Shown in pieces: positions 28,928-39,149 of a DNA stretch of 64,000 bases; positions within the stretch are counted from its first letter, which is position 1, and each line of letters starts with the position of its first letter. The stretch lies in the IMG/VR virus record IMGVR_UViG_3300005253_000213. The stretch is one strand, 5' to 3'. Position numbers and translations under genes: made by a program. Under the pieces are notes generated by a model. It worked only from the letters and a program-made list of their open reading frames with translations, did no database searches and had not been told where the DNA came from. This stretch comes from an uncultured virus (IMG/VR IMGVR_UViG_3300005253_000213) (lineage: Duplodnaviria > Heunggongvirae > Uroviricota > Caudoviricetes).

Positions 28928-29421
28928 GCGCGATAGCGACGGAGATTCCGCGGTTCAGGGACGTGCAGTTCATGACCGCGAAGCTGAAGACGAAAGTCTT
29001 CCGTGCGTGGATCCGGTTTCTGAAGAGCGGCTTCAACAAGACACAGTTCAGCGAGGAGCTCTACAATCACCTGATTCAGAACTGTCAGTTCATTGCACAC
29101 TTCAACCAGTGGGGCTTCTACGATGTCTACTTCGATGAGCCACAGGGTACGCGCCAGTTCGTGGCCCAGTTCGATCCTAACGGATCGGGGCGGTCCGCTG
29201 AATACGGCATGGATAGTTGGCTCTCAGGCGACTACAAGGACATCAACGAGGCCATGCGGCAGGCAATGGGCAAGTTCGTAGAGCGGAGCACGATAATAGC
29301 CAACGTTACCGAGCATCGGCGTGACGCTGTGATCGTGAAGATGCTCTGCAAGAAACACGGTTGGACGACTCCGGACGGCGTTGCTACGTGGTTGCCTAGT
29401 GGGGAGACTGCACCGGCATGA
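28924..29421 (+). CDS. Hypothetical protein
   Basis: LYNHLIQNCQFIAHFN..GFY motif; coupled. Confidence 0.6.
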   Translation: MSAIATEIPRFRDVQFMTAKLKTKVFRAWIRFLKSGFNKTQFSEELYNHLIQNCQFIAHFNQWGFYDVYFDEPQGTRQFVAQFDPNGSGRSAEYGMDSWLSGDYKDINEAMRQAMGKFVERSTIIANVTEHRRDAVIVKMLCKKHGWTTPDGVATWLPSGETAPA

Positions 29422-30599
29422 CTACAGCAAAGACCAAGAAGCGCTCGCGGTCCAAGGGGCTCTGCTTCATTATCACAGGTGCGGCGCTTACCCACATTAC
29501 GCGAAATCTTGCCTGTGAGGGCAGGTGGCCCGAGGCAGTTCGTACGCTCGTACAAGGACTGCATGGCATGACGTACGAACTGGCCTTCCGGATACTGGCG
29601 GGCGATGCGAAACTTGTTGGTGAGAACAACAGCGTCGACCTTGTCGATGATGACGATCAAGAGTATCGTGGTCGGCTGTTGTGGTTCTATGCCGGCATCT
29701 ATCGCGATGCGAGTCGGAACATCTATCTTCAGCCTTACGCGTTTGTGTCGGGTTGGTCCGCGCAGGATCTAGGTGGCGCACCGGGCGGATTGACTAACAA
29801 ACACCGGCGACAGGCGATGGCCCGCCGTGGACCGCTTGGGACGTCCTGGGAATCTGCGGACGACAAACTCTACCGTTCCCAGCACTACATGGACGATCCT
29901 GTCAATGACTGGGCGGAGGTATTGTACGTAGACGAGAAGTACAATGAGCGCTGCGTGCTACTCAGGTCGGTTGCGCAGCCGCCACTTTGGGTGGAGCCGC
30001 ACTTCGATCTACAGAGTGCGCTCAATGCCTGGTTGAAGCACCACGAGCTGGAAGAGCGCAGTGCACTGCGCGGTCCATTCTGGGACGATGCCATCGACGA
30101 ACGGCGCGAAATACGTGAGCAGGCACAGCGGCGCCGTGAGAAACCGGACAAACAGACACGCAAGGAGATCAGGAAGCAGACCGCTGCTGCGCTGGCCACG
30201 GATTCCCCGTTTACGCCCGACGAAGCCGAGACGATCCTCGAAGGTATCTCAGGCGAAGCTGACGTGGATTCGGTGCCGGAGCGGGGTAACTCCGAGGATT
30301 CGAAGCATGGCTACATTCTGCGGGACGGTTCGTTCTACCCGTGTGAGTATATGCAGCATAGGGCGCTGGCGACCAGATTGCTCAAGCATCTGCACAGCGT
30401 CGAGACAGACGATCCAGACAAGGAGGCTGACGAACGCGGATGGGTGAAAGTTCAGATCGGCATGCTGGACAAGATGGCGCGAGTTATGGCCGTGCGCAGA
30501 ATGACGGAAGTGCAGCGGAAGACCGCGCTGGAGTGGTGTGTGGCCCACAATGCGGGGCCGGAGGCGCTACAGGAACTGATGACTCCGCCCGAACGATAG
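29418..30599 (+). CDS. Hypothetical protein
   Basis: 393 aa; GYILRDGSFYPC...H motif. Confidence 0.65.
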   Translation: MTTAKTKKRSRSKGLCFIITGAALTHITRNLACEGRWPEAVRTLVQGLHGMTYELAFRILAGDAKLVGENNSVDLVDDDDQEYRGRLLWFYAGIYRDASRNIYLQPYAFVSGWSAQDLGGAPGGLTNKHRRQAMARRGPLGTSWESADDKLYRSQHYMDDPVNDWAEVLYVDEKYNERCVLLRSVAQPPLWVEPHFDLQSALNAWLKHHELEERSALRGPFWDDAIDERREIREQAQRRREKPDKQTRKEIRKQTAAALATDSPFTPDEAETILEGISGEADVDSVPERGNSEDSKHGYILRDGSFYPCEYMQHRALATRLLKHLHSVETDDPDKEADERGWVKVQIGMLDKMARVMAVRRMTEVQRKTALEWCVAHNAGPEALQELMTPPER

Positions 30600-30775
30600 T
30601 GTTCACGTCGGCGAAGTTCCGGCGGTTCGAGAAGGCATATGCGGAGGCCGTGGAGAAGCACGGCGACGACCGTGATGCGGTCTTCGTGTTTGAAGGGGAT
30701 GAGTACCTGGTCAAGTATGCTATGTACATGATCGAGTACCTGAAAGGACAGTTTGCTTAGATTGCCGAGGCCAAG

Positions 30776-31969
30776 ATGATCGCATTCGCGGCTGACCTAC
30801 ATCTGACACCGCTGACCTGGAACGACTATCCTGGAATGCGGGGAGATACGTATTTCGCCTGGGACCAGATCGTGGCTTGGTGCGTCAACAACAAGCCGAT
30901 GGCTCTTATTCTCGGCGGTGATGTCTTCGACAGGATCCGTCCTGACGCTGAGTCAGTTTTCAGGTTCCAGCAGGGCGTCGACAAGATACACGCGGCCGGA
31001 GTGGCCGTACTCGCCATTCAAGGCCAGCATGACCGCAGCAATCCTCCATGGACTCAGATTGCTCTGCACGTTCAACAGATCGGTGACGGCAAGAAGCGGA
31101 TGATTGGTGCCGGCATGGGTACTACGATCGAGATCACGGGATACGATTGTACGTCGGCCGACATCCTTCACAGTTGTTTGGAGAACGATCGCGAGCACGA
31201 CAACGTGCCCGATGTTCTCGTGATCCATCAGTTGGCAAAAGAGGCCATCTCATTTGAAGGAGCCTGGGATTTCGACCAAGCATGGACCGATGCTTCGCTA
31301 ATTCTCGCGGGCGACTGGCATGGCGCCGAGCAGTTCGGACGCGTGATATATTCTGGCGCAACTACCATGCGAAAAATCAGTGAGCGCGGTGAAAAGTCGT
31401 TCGTGGTTGTTCGCCCACATATGAAGGAGATCAAACCGAAGGTCGAGAAGAAGGCAGCCAAATCGAAACTCAAGAAGGCGAAGAAAACCAAGAAGGCGAA
31501 ACCACCGGCCAAGAAGCAAGCGATGGAATACACCTGGGATGGGGCATTTGACGTGCAACGTATTCCGCTCGTGACGCGGGATGTGCTCGAATTCACTATC
31601 ATGAGCGACGACGATCTTAGCAAGGCGACCGAGCGACTGGCAAAGCCATTGTCGAAAGCACCCGAGCCGATCAACGTGCCGCTGGTCTATGCGCGGATCA
31701 GTAGGTCAGTGGAAGGCGCAATCACGAAGCTGGAGGAACTGGCCAAAGAGTGCGGATTCTTTCTTCGGTATGACGCGATTTCTGGCGACTCCGAGGTTGT
31801 TGGGCAGATCGAACTGCCCGAGGGCGAAGTGACTTTGGAAACTTGCCTTGCGCAGGCCGTTGATCCCAAGATGGATGAGGAGTTCTACGGCTTCGCGTTG
31901 GCGCTGTTGAAGTCGTCGAACCCGAAGGAAGTACTGGACAGCACGAAGGCACGGCTCAGCATTACTTGA
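30776..31969 (+). CDS. sbcD: SbcD/Mre11-like metallophosphoesterase nuclease
   Basis: ADLH, GGDVFD, IQGQHD, VIHQ, AGDWH, YSG; Lys-rich internal insertion. Confidence 0.85.
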   Translation: MIAFAADLHLTPLTWNDYPGMRGDTYFAWDQIVAWCVNNKPMALILGGDVFDRIRPDAESVFRFQQGVDKIHAAGVAVLAIQGQHDRSNPPWTQIALHVQQIGDGKKRMIGAGMGTTIEITGYDCTSADILHSCLENDREHDNVPDVLVIHQLAKEAISFEGAWDFDQAWTDASLILAGDWHGAEQFGRVIYSGATTMRKISERGEKSFVVVRPHMKEIKPKVEKKAAKSKLKKAKKTKKAKPPAKKQAMEYTWDGAFDVQRIPLVTRDVLEFTIMSDDDLSKATERLAKPLSKAPEPINVPLVYARISRSVEGAITKLEELAKECGFFLRYDAISGDSEVVGQIELPEGEVTLETCLAQAVDPKMDEEFYGFALALLKSSNPKEVLDSTKARLSIT

Positions 31970-32044
31970 GTGGTGTCCGTAGGGAAGAGGTGGTGCGGGG
32001 AGTCTGAAGGGGCTCCTCGTGCCGCTGTTATGGAGGGAATAGTC

Positions 32045-32548
32045 ATGAAGAAATGTACGAAGTGTGGACGCAAGAAGGCACTGATCGCGTTCTCTAAGCG
32101 TTCGACCGCGAAGGATGGTAAGCAAGGTACTTGCCAAGAATGTCAGAATAAGCAAAGCAGGGCGCGCTACAAAGCGCACCCAGAGAAGCAGCGCGCACAC
32201 AACGCTCGTTACTATCAGGTACACAGAAATGCCATACTAGTTTACCACAAAGTTCACTATTGGCAGAATAGGGCGTATTATCGCAATCATCAGCTCAAAG
32301 CTAAGTATGGTATCACTGTAACGGAGTTCGATACTATGCGGCGAAGGCAGAAGGATTGCTGTGCGCTCTGTAAGCAGCCTATGACGTTTGGTGACAAAGT
32401 CCGGCCTCTTCAGGCAGTTGTAGATCATTGTCACAAGACTGGGCGCATTCGCGGGCTTATTCATGCTCGCTGCAACACACTTCTAGCACGTGCAGAGGAT
32501 AGCATTGTCCGGCTGAAGCAGGCCATCAGATACCTGCGGAGAAAATAA
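32045..32548 (+). CDS. Endonuclease VII-type HNH endonuclease
   Basis: KYGIT...CALC...VDHCHKTGRIRGLIHARCN. Confidence 0.9.
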   Translation: MKKCTKCGRKKALIAFSKRSTAKDGKQGTCQECQNKQSRARYKAHPEKQRAHNARYYQVHRNAILVYHKVHYWQNRAYYRNHQLKAKYGITVTEFDTMRRRQKDCCALCKQPMTFGDKVRPLQAVVDHCHKTGRIRGLIHARCNTLLARAEDSIVRLKQAIRYLRRK

Positions 32549-32550
32549 AG

Positions 32551-32973
32551 ATGGCCAAAACGAAACAAGACAAGAAACTGCGTTTGCAGCCTGAAAAGTG
32601 GAAGCGCATTCGCTTCTTCCCAGGGTATGAAGTTTCCACCAAGGGACGCGTTCGTTCACTGAAGCGACGTAAGCCGTGCATTCTCAAGCCGCAGACAGTG
32701 ACCCGTGGAGATCGGAAGAAGACCTATCTGCGGGTCACACTGTACAACAAGGGCGGGAAACGACATCGCAAAATACACCGCCTTGTAGCACTGGCATTCA
32801 AAGAGAGAGTGCCTGGCAAGAACACCGTCAATCACGTGGATGGCAATACGCACCACAACTGGGTCGCAAATCTGGAGTGGACGACGGCCGTGGAAAACAC
32901 AAAGCACGCCTGGCGTACTGGGCTTATGGCTCGAAGTGTTGGTGCGCGATGGCGCAAGCGGAAGGGGAAGTGA
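32551..32973 (+). CDS. NUMOD4-HNH homing endonuclease
   Basis: GYEVSTKGRVRS; HRLVA...VNHVDGN..HNWVANLEW.T..EN. Confidence 0.9.
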   Translation: MAKTKQDKKLRLQPEKWKRIRFFPGYEVSTKGRVRSLKRRKPCILKPQTVTRGDRKKTYLRVTLYNKGGKRHRKIHRLVALAFKERVPGKNTVNHVDGNTHHNWVANLEWTTAVENTKHAWRTGLMARSVGARWRKRKGK

Positions 32974-33266
32974 TGGTATTCGATGCTACGCAGGACGAAG
33001 TCCTCTGTATCAGGACCGAAGAGATCGGAGATGTCCATATGGAAGTAAAGCTCGTCAGCCGCAATCAGGGCGAGCCGAAGATCCAGATCTCACGGTTCGT
33101 GATCGAGGAACCCAGCAGGGCAGTGAAATACAGGCGGCTCGGCCGCATGACGCTTGACGAGGCGAAATGGGTGAAAGGGGTAGTCGGTGAGCTCCTTATG
33201 TTCCATCAAGCAGGGGAGAGCCGTGGCAATGGCGAAGAAGAAAAAGCCACTCCCGAAGCCGAATAG
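32973..33266 (+). CDS. Possible PC4/YdbC-like ssDNA-binding protein
   Basis: VSRNQGEPKIQISR...LGRMTLDEA. Confidence 0.4.
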   Translation: MVFDATQDEVLCIRTEEIGDVHMEVKLVSRNQGEPKIQISRFVIEEPSRAVKYRRLGRMTLDEAKWVKGVVGELLMFHQAGESRGNGEEEKATPEAE

Positions 33267-33696
33267 CGGCTGCCTCGACGGGATCTGGTGTCCCAACTGC
33301 GGCAGCTACGGTCCCTTCGAGATTCACGGTACGGCCTGGTTCAAGGTCTACGATGATGGAGCCTGGGCGTTCGAAGAGCTCGACTGGGAGAACGACAGCC
33401 AGTGTAAGTGCTATGCTTGTCACCACAACGGCGACATCGATGATTTCCGAACGCCCGAAGTGCCGGATCCAGAAGAGGAGAAGCTAACCTGGACTCCAGG
33501 CGCCGTCATTTGGATCTGGAACTTCATAGGTATGGACGCAGCTCGTGGTGTGTCGGCGAAGATTGTCGACGAGTTCTGCCCGAGCTGCACGAAGAAGAGC
33601 CTCGTTTGCTGGCGGGGTGCGGACAACGAAGAATACGAGAGCTGTCTCAATGGCTGCTGCCCTGGACTCTCTCGTGCGATGGGACCGATAGGATGA
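33229..33696 (+). CDS. Zinc-ribbon protein
   Basis: CPNCG, CYAC, CPSC motifs. Confidence 0.55.
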   Translation: MAKKKKPLPKPNSGCLDGIWCPNCGSYGPFEIHGTAWFKVYDDGAWAFEELDWENDSQCKCYACHHNGDIDDFRTPEVPDPEEEKLTWTPGAVIWIWNFIGMDAARGVSAKIVDEFCPSCTKKSLVCWRGADNEEYESCLNGCCPGLSRAMGPIG

Positions 33697-34171
33697 CCGG
33701 AGGATATACGCTGACGATTGCAGAAGTCGAACAGATACGTCAGACATGGCGCGAGATCATGTTAGCGCAGATGGACAAGAACTGCGATGAGCTGTACGTA
33801 CTGCAGCCGTGGCAATTCTTCGAGGCCATGGAGTATCTGGTGCAAGCCATCTGCACGTACCTCGACATGCCGATTCCGATCGCCGTATCGTTCAGCGTCA
33901 TGAACTCGATCGAGGAGCCGTGTGAGTGTGAGATGCTGCTCATCTGGAGCATGATGGTATTCGATCCTACGCAGGCTGGCGCGCCGGTACCGCTGTTTGA
34001 TCCGCATCAGATGACTGCGGGCAAGGCGATGCGGCTCGACGAGGTTCAGTGGCCGGGACGACGTCTGGCATCGATTGGGCCACATCCTAAGTCGGTTATG
34101 ACAGACACGATCAAGCACTGGGAGTGGCGACTTCGCGTCGTCAAAGACATCATGGAAGGAAGGCTTGTCTG

Positions 34172-34891
34172 ATGGTGATGTCAGGCTTTGCACCCAGCAA
34201 GCTGTTCGAGACACTGCTTGATGACGAGAAACTCCAGATCGAGCTCAAGCGGATGCGTGAGGCAGCTGTGATTGGAGAAGGTACAGGAGCCACGCTCTGG
34301 GGACTAATCCATCCCAACGAAACACTACAGAAGCGGATCGAGTTGGCAAAGAAGGCGGCTGCCGAAGAGGAACACGATATCGGCGACCTCATGGATTCAT
34401 CGTCCGAAATCCGTGAGGCTGTTCTTTCATGGTACGACCAGGAGATCGACGAACAACTCGAAGATCCGCCGGCGGGGGCATTCGATGATATCTGTGATCG
34501 GTTGGCAGCTGGAGCGGCCCAAGCTGCGAATGCGCAGATAGGTCGCGACGTTGCAACGCTGCTTGAGTACCCACAGTACTTTCTAGCGTGGCTGGAGGAG
34601 CTACTTTCTGTTCTCACTGCAGAGCTCACCAAACTGCACCGTCCGGGGAGTGTCTACATCTCGGTAGCAAACGTCGATATTCCGCAGGAAGACTGCAACG
34701 ATGCGCAGGTAGCTATGCTCTGGTATAGGGGCTACGCTGCTGCGGGCTCGATTACGAGACAGAAGATTTGCGAGATCGAGATCCCGTGGTTCGGCCGACA
34801 GGTCGTCAAACAGGACTGTAGGGCATATGTACGTGCACTGATGGTCAGAGTGCATGAAGCTCTGCCCAAGGAGGACATAGAGGAGGACTGA
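34172..34891 (+). CDS. Hypothetical acidic protein
   Basis: Coupled to the sbcC start. Confidence 0.6.
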   Translation: MVMSGFAPSKLFETLLDDEKLQIELKRMREAAVIGEGTGATLWGLIHPNETLQKRIELAKKAAAEEEHDIGDLMDSSSEIREAVLSWYDQEIDEQLEDPPAGAFDDICDRLAAGAAQAANAQIGRDVATLLEYPQYFLAWLEELLSVLTAELTKLHRPGSVYISVANVDIPQEDCNDAQVAMLWYRGYAAAGSITRQKICEIEIPWFGRQVVKQDCRAYVRALMVRVHEALPKEDIEED

Positions 34892-37020
34892 TGCGACTGA
34901 AACGAATGAGTGCCTCGAACTTCTGTCAGCATCGCGAGCTGACAGTTGAGTTCCCGCCCGGTATTACCGGCATTCTTGGCCCGAACGGCGTTGGCAAGTC
35001 GAACGCCATCAAGGCCGTTCGATTTGCTCTGATCGGTGACTCGGGGAATGCCGGTACCAAGGTGGATGATCTCAACTGGCAGGCGGCTGCAGCGGGAGAG
35101 TCCGGCGCTGTCGAGCTTGTGTTCGAGCAGTCCGGCACCGAAGGCAAGATCAAGCGATTCGTGAACAACGCCAGGGCCAGCCTGAAGTTCGGCGAGATCA
35201 AGGCCAATAGCGTGAGTGCCGTCAATAGGCATATGGGTACGATCCTCGGTATACCGGAGCGTACACTGAAGGACATCGTTTTCGTCATGCAGGGCGCAAT
35301 CGAGAGTATTCTCTTCGAGCGGCCTGCCGATCGGGCGAAGAAGTTCCAGGGCTTGTTCGGCACGGAGAGTGCGGAGCGGCTGCGTGATTTCCTGCTGCAG
35401 GAGGTCAACAAGTTGCCGACTGCCGACGTAGATGAGCGCGTGGAGCGGCTACAGAAGGAGCTCGACGTCGATGTCGATCCACCGCTACGTGAGCTTACGA
35501 AGAAGCAGGCGAGCGTTGCCGCGGCTCTCAAGGGTTTCGATCGTGATGCACGTGAGGCTGTCATTGCGAAGTTCGAGACGGCTGTGCAGATCGGTCAACA
35601 GCTTACGGAGCTGAACGAGCGGATCATCATGCTTACAACGAACGTGACTCCCGAAGTCGCTCACGTTGCGGAGTTGCAGCAACAGGCCGATGATGCGGAG
35701 AAAGAGACCAGCCAGCTGACGAGTAGAGCTGACGAAGCTCGCGCCAAGCTGTCGAATCTCGACGCCGCTCGACGGGCGCACGAAACATACGAGCAGCTGC
35801 GGGGCGAGGCTGAAAAGCTGGAAGACGTACTTCGTCAACCAGTGCCGATGTCACCGGGAATCGACCGCGAGAAGTTGGAGGCTGGTTTCGAGGCGCTTCA
35901 CAGCATGAAGGTGACGCTTGAGCCGAAGCGCAGTTTCGTGGAGACATTCAAGGGCGGGCAAGGTACGGTTCAGTGTCCGACCTGTTTGCAGGACGTCCAC
36001 GAGGCAGATCAGCTGGCTGCGCAGTTCGAAGCCGAGGTAGCTCAGAAAACTACTGAGTTTGCTGCGGTTGATCAGCAGCTACGCGAGGGCAGCTCAGCAC
36101 TGGTCGAATACGAGCGTGATGTAGAGTTGGATTGCGCTCGGAAGGATACAGCGCGCGAGCGGCTGCAAAGTGTTCACGGAACGCTTTCAACGCTGGGCGT
36201 CACTACGTACGATGGTGCCGAAGCAGGTGCGCTCCAGATCGTTGTCGACGACTTCAGCGGAAAGCTCATGGTACTGAAGAACGTTCGTGATGAGCTATCC
36301 AGGTTGCAGGTGGAGCTTGCTCGCAAGAAGAGCGAATGTCGCACGCTCGAAGAGCGGCAGTGCAGTTTGCGTGAACAGCTGCAGGATCGTCCGACGGCGG
36401 ACCAGTACAAGCGGGCTAAGGACGGACTGGAGATGGTGGCCAGTGCGGAGGCTGAGCTTGGCAATATCGAAGGGCAGCTCTACCAGCTTCGCAATCGGCG
36501 TGGTGCAATCCTCAAGGAGTTGGAGCTGCTCAAGCAGCAGACCGAGAAGACAGAGGCCGTGAAGAAGTACAAGGATCTCTGCGAGCGGGCGCGAACATTG
36601 TTCCATCGTGATTGTCTGCCGTTGACGGTCACTCGGGCATTCCTTGCGAGCTTGAACGTGAAGATCCAGGAATATCTGACGCTATTTGGTGCGCCGTTCA
36701 GCTGTCAGATCAAGGACGATCTTACGGTTAGCTGCAACTTCCCAGGCGGCGGTGAGCAGTCGGCGGAGCGGTTGAGTGGAGGGCAACGAGTTGTTTTGGG
36801 GATCGCTTTCCGTTTTGCGGTCTACCAACTCTTTGCAGCCGATCTGGGTTTCATGGTTCTTGACGAACCGACGGCGTTTTTGGATGACGACAGAGTTCAA
36901 AGCGTCGTCGAGGTTATGCAGTCTGTCCGGCGCTATGTGCATCAGACTGGCATGCAGTTGATTGTGGTAACGCACGAAGTGGAGCTAGTTGCTGCGTTTG
37001 ACCACACGGTTCGCTTGTAG
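34891..37020 (+). CDS. sbcC: SbcC/Rad50-like SMC ATPase
   Basis: GPNGVGKS, Q-loop MQG, CPTC zinc hook, LSGGQ signature, VLDEPT, VTH. Confidence 0.92.
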   Translation: MRLKRMSASNFCQHRELTVEFPPGITGILGPNGVGKSNAIKAVRFALIGDSGNAGTKVDDLNWQAAAAGESGAVELVFEQSGTEGKIKRFVNNARASLKFGEIKANSVSAVNRHMGTILGIPERTLKDIVFVMQGAIESILFERPADRAKKFQGLFGTESAERLRDFLLQEVNKLPTADVDERVERLQKELDVDVDPPLRELTKKQASVAAALKGFDRDAREAVIAKFETAVQIGQQLTELNERIIMLTTNVTPEVAHVAELQQQADDAEKETSQLTSRADEARAKLSNLDAARRAHETYEQLRGEAEKLEDVLRQPVPMSPGIDREKLEAGFEALHSMKVTLEPKRSFVETFKGGQGTVQCPTCLQDVHEADQLAAQFEAEVAQKTTEFAAVDQQLREGSSALVEYERDVELDCARKDTARERLQSVHGTLSTLGVTTYDGAEAGALQIVVDDFSGKLMVLKNVRDELSRLQVELARKKSECRTLEERQCSLREQLQDRPTADQYKRAKDGLEMVASAEAELGNIEGQLYQLRNRRGAILKELELLKQQTEKTEAVKKYKDLCERARTLFHRDCLPLTVTRAFLASLNVKIQEYLTLFGAPFSCQIKDDLTVSCNFPGGGEQSAERLSGGQRVVLGIAFRFAVYQLFAADLGFMVLDEPTAFLDDDRVQSVVEVMQSVRRYVHQTGMQLIVVTHEVELVAAFDHTVRL

Positions 37021-37054
37021 TATAGGCGAGAAAGTACGAAAAGGAGATGAGGCA

Positions 37055-37648
37055 ATGGTACAAGCTCTTGCAGATAGACGACAGTATGGTCGTCAGTATT
37101 ATGCTGAGCATTGTGATGCGCTAAATGCCAGGAAGCGACGGCGCTACGCCGAGCATCGCGACGGACTCAGCGCTCAGAAGCGTCGGGCATATCGAGAGAA
37201 CCCTGACAAGTACGTTCGGCGTAGCCGACGATGGCGCCAGCAGCATCTCAAGCAACATCAGGAGAGCAATCGGCGCTATTACAGCAAAAACCGTGAGCGC
37301 ATTCTGGCGGCTAGTAAGCAGAGGCACTGGCAGAAGAAGGCAGAAGATCCATGTGCGCTTACTAGGGCGGCGCGCGGGCGGTATCTCAAACGTGAGTATG
37401 GGCTGTCGTTAGAGCAATACGACCGATTGCTGCGCAAACAGAAGAATCTGTGTGCGCTGTGTCGGCAGCCGATGAAGCACGGTGGGCGCATAACGGCTAA
37501 GCACGCCGTAGTAGACCACGATCACAAGACAGGGCGCGTTCGTGGCATTTTACACGCACAGTGCAATAGCTGGCTGGCGCTTCTCGACAATGATTCTCGC
37601 CTGCTCTTCCGCCTTGCCAAGTACCTCAACAAGTTCCGGAAAAGCTAG
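37055..37648 (+). CDS. Endonuclease VII-type HNH endonuclease
   Basis: YGLSLEQY...CALC...VDHDHKTGRVRGILHAQCN. Confidence 0.9.
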   Translation: MVQALADRRQYGRQYYAEHCDALNARKRRRYAEHRDGLSAQKRRAYRENPDKYVRRSRRWRQQHLKQHQESNRRYYSKNRERILAASKQRHWQKKAEDPCALTRAARGRYLKREYGLSLEQYDRLLRKQKNLCALCRQPMKHGGRITAKHAVVDHDHKTGRVRGILHAQCNSWLALLDNDSRLLFRLAKYLNKFRKS

Positions 37649-37656
37649 GAAAACCC

Positions 37657-37685
37657 TTGCTAAAAGGGGTGGAACCTGCTAGACT
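37657..37685 (+). promoter_or_regulatory. Sigma70-like promoter (extended -10)
   Basis: TTGCTA-17 nt-TAGACT with TGn. Confidence 0.55.
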
Positions 37686-37707
37686 TCCAACGAAATGGAG
37701 GTACGGG

Positions 37708-37968
37708 ATGCGGCAGCTGAGGTCTTTCATTCTGGTTGCGGTCGTAGTCCTTGGATTGTCCGCCGGCTGTCGAGTGCCTGCGGCTATCCGGACTGAGATT
37801 GATTTCCTACACGTGGTGATCTCCACGGGCGTCAAGGAAGCAGACCAGATCAGCAATCCAGCCGCGCGAGCTGACAAGGCCGTACGTGCACTGAAGCGGG
37901 CGGAGCCGCATTCGGAGAATCTCCGCCGCTGGGCCGAGGGAGAGGATGTGAACGATGGCCGCGATTGA
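37708..37968 (+). CDS. Putative lipoprotein
   Basis: GGAGG RBS; signal peptide with LSAG|C lipobox. Confidence 0.65.
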   Translation: MRQLRSFILVAVVVLGLSAGCRVPAAIRTEIDFLHVVISTGVKEADQISNPAARADKAVRALKRAEPHSENLRRWAEGEDVNDGRD

Positions 37969-38290
37969 CCTCGAACTGCTGAAAGGCTTCGTTGATCTCG
38001 ACGATCCGAAGGTCAAGGCAGTCTTCGATGTCATCGAGCCGTACTTTCCTGTCCTGAAGCGGCTTGGTGCGGCGGCGGTGAGCCTCTTCGTAGATGGGCT
38101 GAAACAGCAAGACTGGGCTAGGATTGACCGGGAGTTATACGAGCAGATGACAGAGGACGAGCGTGACGCACTCAGCAGCCAGGTGTTGGCGAATGCCCGT
38201 TGCGCCGTTCACAAGGCGTACGAGGCAAATCGTCAATGGAAGGACACGATTACACGGCTGTTGCTCGGCGTTGTGCTCTCACTCATTTAG
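37955..38290 (+). CDS. Hypothetical protein with hydrophobic C-terminus
   Basis: GAGGA RBS; overlaps the lipoprotein gene. Confidence 0.6.
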   Translation: MAAIDLELLKGFVDLDDPKVKAVFDVIEPYFPVLKRLGAAAVSLFVDGLKQQDWARIDRELYEQMTEDERDALSSQVLANARCAVHKAYEANRQWKDTITRLLLGVVLSLI

Positions 38291-38479
38291 GCGGGACGTA
38301 GACCACCCTGCGCTCGGGGGGTCGCAGGGTGGTTATCCGCTGGGTCGGTGGAGGTGCCTGGGCATTATCTTAGTTTCCCACTGTAGTTGGGCCAAGCTGG
38401 GTACCTCTTTCAGAAGCCATCGCCGATTAGCCGGGTGAAAACCACGGTTGGTCGGCGTTTGTCGTATGGAGGGAAAGTG

Positions 38480-38866
38480 ATGTACGACCATACGGAATAC
38501 CTTGCGTATGTGCGACAGGTTGACCTGACCGATGTCGACCACGTCAATGACATGCTCAACAGTCTCGACCGCTACGCGAAGAGTGGTGGGAGAAAAGGCG
38601 TGGGCGATTTTCTGCAGGGAGTCATTCTTGGAGATCTCGAACGTGCCAGTGCTCACGCCGACGACACGAACAGAAAGTATCTCGCGCTGTATATGAGGTA
38701 CTGTTTCAACCAGCTCCCCGGTGAGTTGGTACTTTTACTTCGGCCGCTGGCAGATGTATTGCGCGACAGATTGGGCAACAAGAAGCGGCCGTTGAAGAAG
38801 ACTGAGGTTCGCCAAGCGGCAGAGGCGCTCGATCGGGCTTTGAGAGAGCTGCGCGGCGAAGACTGA
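38480..38866 (+). CDS. Hypothetical protein
   Basis: GDFLQGVI.GDL..A...AD..N motif; GGAGG RBS. Confidence 0.6.
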   Translation: MYDHTEYLAYVRQVDLTDVDHVNDMLNSLDRYAKSGGRKGVGDFLQGVILGDLERASAHADDTNRKYLALYMRYCFNQLPGELVLLLRPLADVLRDRLGNKKRPLKKTEVRQAAEALDRALRELRGED

Positions 38867-38939
38867 GGAGGGGCTAACAACTCCCGAGGGTTCGGGTCTT
38901 TTACTCTCCTCCACCGCTTTTTCCAAGAAGGGAACCGAC

Positions 38940-39149
38940 GTGGGAAACTCAGAGAAGTACGAGGACAAGACGTTGACGTGCGCCGACTGCAACAAGGAAT
39001 TCACGTGGTCGGCGAGTGAGCAAGAGTTCTTCGCGGAGAAGAAGTTCACTCCGCCGAAGCGCTGTCTCGACTGCCGCGCGAAGCGACGCAAGGAGAAGAA
39101 GGGTCGGAGAAGCAGCAGCCGCCCGAGCACGCGTGGCAATTCGCGGTAG
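38940..39149 (+). CDS. Zinc-ribbon protein (zf-trcl-like)
   Basis: DKTLTCADCNKEFTWSASEQEFFAEKKFTPPKRCLDCR. Confidence 0.85.
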   Translation: MGNSEKYEDKTLTCADCNKEFTWSASEQEFFAEKKFTPPKRCLDCRAKRRKEKKGRRSSSRPSTRGNSR

